Below, in pieces: positions 61,877-64,000 of a DNA stretch of 64,000 nucleotides. Each line of letters starts with the position of its first letter. The first letter of the stretch is position 1. The position numbers and the translations under genes are program-made. The notes under the pieces were generated by a model that saw nothing but the letters and a program-made list of their open reading frames with translations, did not search any database and was not told the DNA's origin. The stretch is from sequence record MT150133.1. The stretch is one strand, 5' to 3'. Source of the stretch: Enterobacteria phage vB_EcoM_IME540.

Positions 61877-61885
61877 AATAAACCC

Positions 61886-62557
61886 TTATTTTAAAGTGAC
61901 AAAAGATGAGTTACGAGTTTCACGTACTAATACTGAACCATTACGATTAATGTAATAAATCAGACTAAATAATGTTTGGTGGGCAGAAGGATGTTGGAAA
62001 GCAGTTGGACGTTCTTTCCAATCCGGAGTCTCAGAAATCCATTGGTAAATCCACCAAGGAACGGTGCAATAACCTGGGTTCTTACCGATAAGCAAAAGAT
62101 TAGGACTGAAGTTTTCAGGTAAAGAGAATACAGGTTTTTCAGATTCAACAACCTTGGCTATAGCCCCTTTGAATTTCTCTTCGTCAAATGGAACATCCTC
62201 TTCGATAATCTCTACCTTAGGAAGTTCGGCTACCTCAACGACTTCTACTGCAGCCTCAGGGGCATCGAACAACAGGGTGGCTTCTTCTTTAGCTGGTTCA
62301 GCACCATCAACAAATTCGTTAGCACCTGTAAGTTCGTCGGCAGCATCAATCAAATCAGAAATGGACAACCCTTCGGTTTCTGGAAGTGGTTCGTCAGCCA
62401 AGGCTTTAAAGCCTTCAGAGATATCGATAATCAAATTATCAAACGAACGGGTTTTCTTAAGTTTTAAACCGAACTGTTCGCCGTATTCGATTAACTTAGC
62501 TTTAGCTTCTTTTTTATCTTCGAGTGCACGAAGCTCTTCAATATATTGAGTATCCAT
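61886..62557 (-). CDS. inh: prohead protease inhibitor Inh-like
   Basis: 223 aa; position between hoc and uvsW as in T4. Confidence 0.7.
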   Translation of the reverse strand: MDTQYIEELRALEDKKEAKAKLIEYGEQFGLKLKKTRSFDNLIIDISEGFKALADEPLPETEGLSISDLIDAADELTGANEFVDGAEPAKEEATLLFDAPEAAVEVVEVAELPKVEIIEEDVPFDEEKFKGAIAKVVESEKPVFSLPENFSPNLLLIGKNPGYCTVPWWIYQWISETPDWKERPTAFQHPSAHQTLFSLIYYINRNGSVLVRETRNSSFVTLK

Positions 62558-62576
62558 AATTAGTCTCTTGTTGGTG

Positions 62577-62584
62577 TATAAATA
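62577..62584 (+). promoter_or_regulatory. late promoter (TATAAATA) for uvsW
   Basis: Exact TATAAATA 28 nt upstream of ATG 62613. Confidence 0.55.
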
Positions 62585-62590
62585 TAACTA

Positions 62591-62598
62591 TATTTATA
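62591..62598 (-). promoter_or_regulatory. late promoter (TATAAATA) for inh
   Basis: Exact TATAAATA on minus strand 33 nt upstream of inh ATG. Confidence 0.55.
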
Positions 62599-62612
62599 AC
62601 TGAGAATTACTT

Positions 62613-64000
62613 ATGCAAATTCAAGTACATTTTGATAATTTTAGTCATGTCCGTATTGAATGCGATGAATCTACATTCTACGAACTCAGAGACTATTTTA
62701 GCTTTGAAGCTGATGGATATAAATTCAACCCTAAATTTCGTTATGGCCAATGGGACGGACGTATTCGCCTTCTGGATTACAACCGTAAACTTCCTTATGG
62801 ATTGGTCCCTCAAATTAAAAAGTTCGCTGAACAATTTGAATACTCTCTGTGGATTGACCCACGTATTCTTGAACAGGAAGATATTTCTCGTGAAGATTTT
62901 GATTCATGGGTAGCTTCTCAAGAAATTTATTCAGGGTCTACCAAGATTGAGCCTCATTGGTATCAGAATGAAGCCGTATACAACGGCCTGACAAAACGTC
63001 GTGCAATTCTGAATTTACCTACATCCGCAGGTAAATCATTAATCCAGGCGCTCCTGAGTCGATATTACGTTGAGAACTATGAAGGTAAAATCCTCATCTT
63101 AGTTCCTACTACTGCACTTGTCGACCAGATGATTAATGACTTCATCGATTATCGATTGTTCCCTAAAGCAGCAATGCTTGGTATTCGTTCAGGTACTGCT
63201 CGTGATTCCGATGCAATGATTTATGTTTCAACTTATCAAACCGCTATCAAGCAACCTAAAGAATGGTTTGCTCAGTTCGGTATGTTTATGAACGACGAAT
63301 GCCATTTGGCTACAGGTAAATCTATTTCTACTATCATCGAAGGCCTAACCAACTGTATGTTTAAATTCGGTTTGTCGGGTTCTTTAAAAGATGGTAAAGC
63401 TAATTTAATGCAATATATGGGCTTGTTTGGTGATGTGTTTAAGCCAGTATCCACCTCCCAATTAATGGAAGAAGGACAGGTTACTGACCTTAAAATCAAC
63501 AGTATTTTCCTTCGATACCCAGACGAATTCACGGTTAAAATGAAAGGTAAAGATTACCAATCAGAAATCAAGGTCATTACTAAGGCTACTCGTCGTAATA
63601 AATGGGTTGCTAATTTAGCTGTTAAACTCGCTAAGAAAGAAGAGAACGTATTCCTGATGTTTAAAAACATCGAACACGGTAAAACTCTTTTTGAAATGGT
63701 TAAAGAGCAACATAAAGAAGTTTATTACGTATCAGGTGAAGTTAATACCGAAACGCGTAATGCTCTGAAGGTAATGGCGGAAAATGGTAAGGGTATTATT
63801 GTTGTGGCAAGTTATGGTGTGTTCTCTACAGGTATTTCCGTTAAGAACCTTCACCACGTTGTATTTGCCCATCCAGTAAAATCTAAAATCATTGTACTCC
63901 AGACAATTGGTCGTGTACTCCGTAAACATGCCTCTAAATCAACAGCACAGGTGTGGGATATCATCGACGACATGGGTGTTAAGCCTAAATCAGCTACGGC
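62613..64000 (+). CDS. uvsW: UvsW DNA helicase (5' partial, continues past window end)
   Basis: Hand translation from ATG 62613: MQIQVHFDNF...; helicase motif I LPTSAGKS, motif II MNDECH; not in ORF track because no stop in window. Confidence 0.85.
   Translation, partial: MQIQVHFDNFSHVRIECDESTFYELRDYFSFEADGYKFNPKFRYGQWDGRIRLLDYNRKLPYGLVPQIKKFAEQFEYSLWIDPRILEQEDISREDFDSWVASQEIYSGSTKIEPHWYQNEAVYNGLTKRRAILNLPTSAGKSLIQALLSRYYVENYEGKILILVPTTALVDQMINDFIDYRLFPKAAMLGIRSGTARDSDAMIYVSTYQTAIKQPKEWFAQFGMFMNDECHLATGKSISTIIEGLTNCMFKFGLSGSLKDGKANLMQYMGLFGDVFKPVSTSQLMEEGQVTDLKINSIFLRYPDEFTVKMKGKDYQSEIKVITKATRRNKWVANLAVKLAKKEENVFLMFKNIEHGKTLFEMVKEQHKEVYYVSGEVNTETRNALKVMAENGKGIIVVASYGVFSTGISVKNLHHVVFAHPVKSKIIVLQTIGRVLRKHASKSTAQVWDIIDDMGVKPKSAT

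Noticed and set aside
62154-62549. 131-aa plus-strand Ser-rich ORF
   Set aside because: Antisense to inh; low-complexity translation.

Overview
This window is a T4-like (Tevenvirinae) myovirus genome segment, called from protein similarity to T4 products I recognise and from conserved T4 gene order; no database search was run. Positions 1-25185 are a minus-strand early/accessory region: tk, regB, denV, lysozyme e, nudE, a reduced tRNA cluster, internal-protein-like genes, 57B/57A, genes 1, 3, 2 and 4, interspersed with many small ORFs. Positions 25231-59567 are the plus-strand late structural module: baseplate genes 53, 5, 5.4 and 6-12, wac, neck 13/14, 15, terminase 16/17, sheath 18, tube 19, portal 20, prohead core 67/68/21/22, capsid 23 and two gene-24 paralogs. 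The window ends with rnlB, hoc and inh on minus and a 5' partial uvsW on plus. The most interesting signals are in the accessory region: a repeated ~40-nt early-promoter/stem-loop cassette (8 copies), four tandem small paralogs ending in a C-terminal Cys, four internal-protein-like ORFs with a capsid-targeting N-terminus, a macro-domain protein, two secreted proteins, and six homing-endonuclease-like genes. No CRISPR array or integrase was seen. Coordinates for CDSs come from the ORF track, with starts adjusted where an internal ATG with a Shine-Dalgarno (SD) is clearly better.
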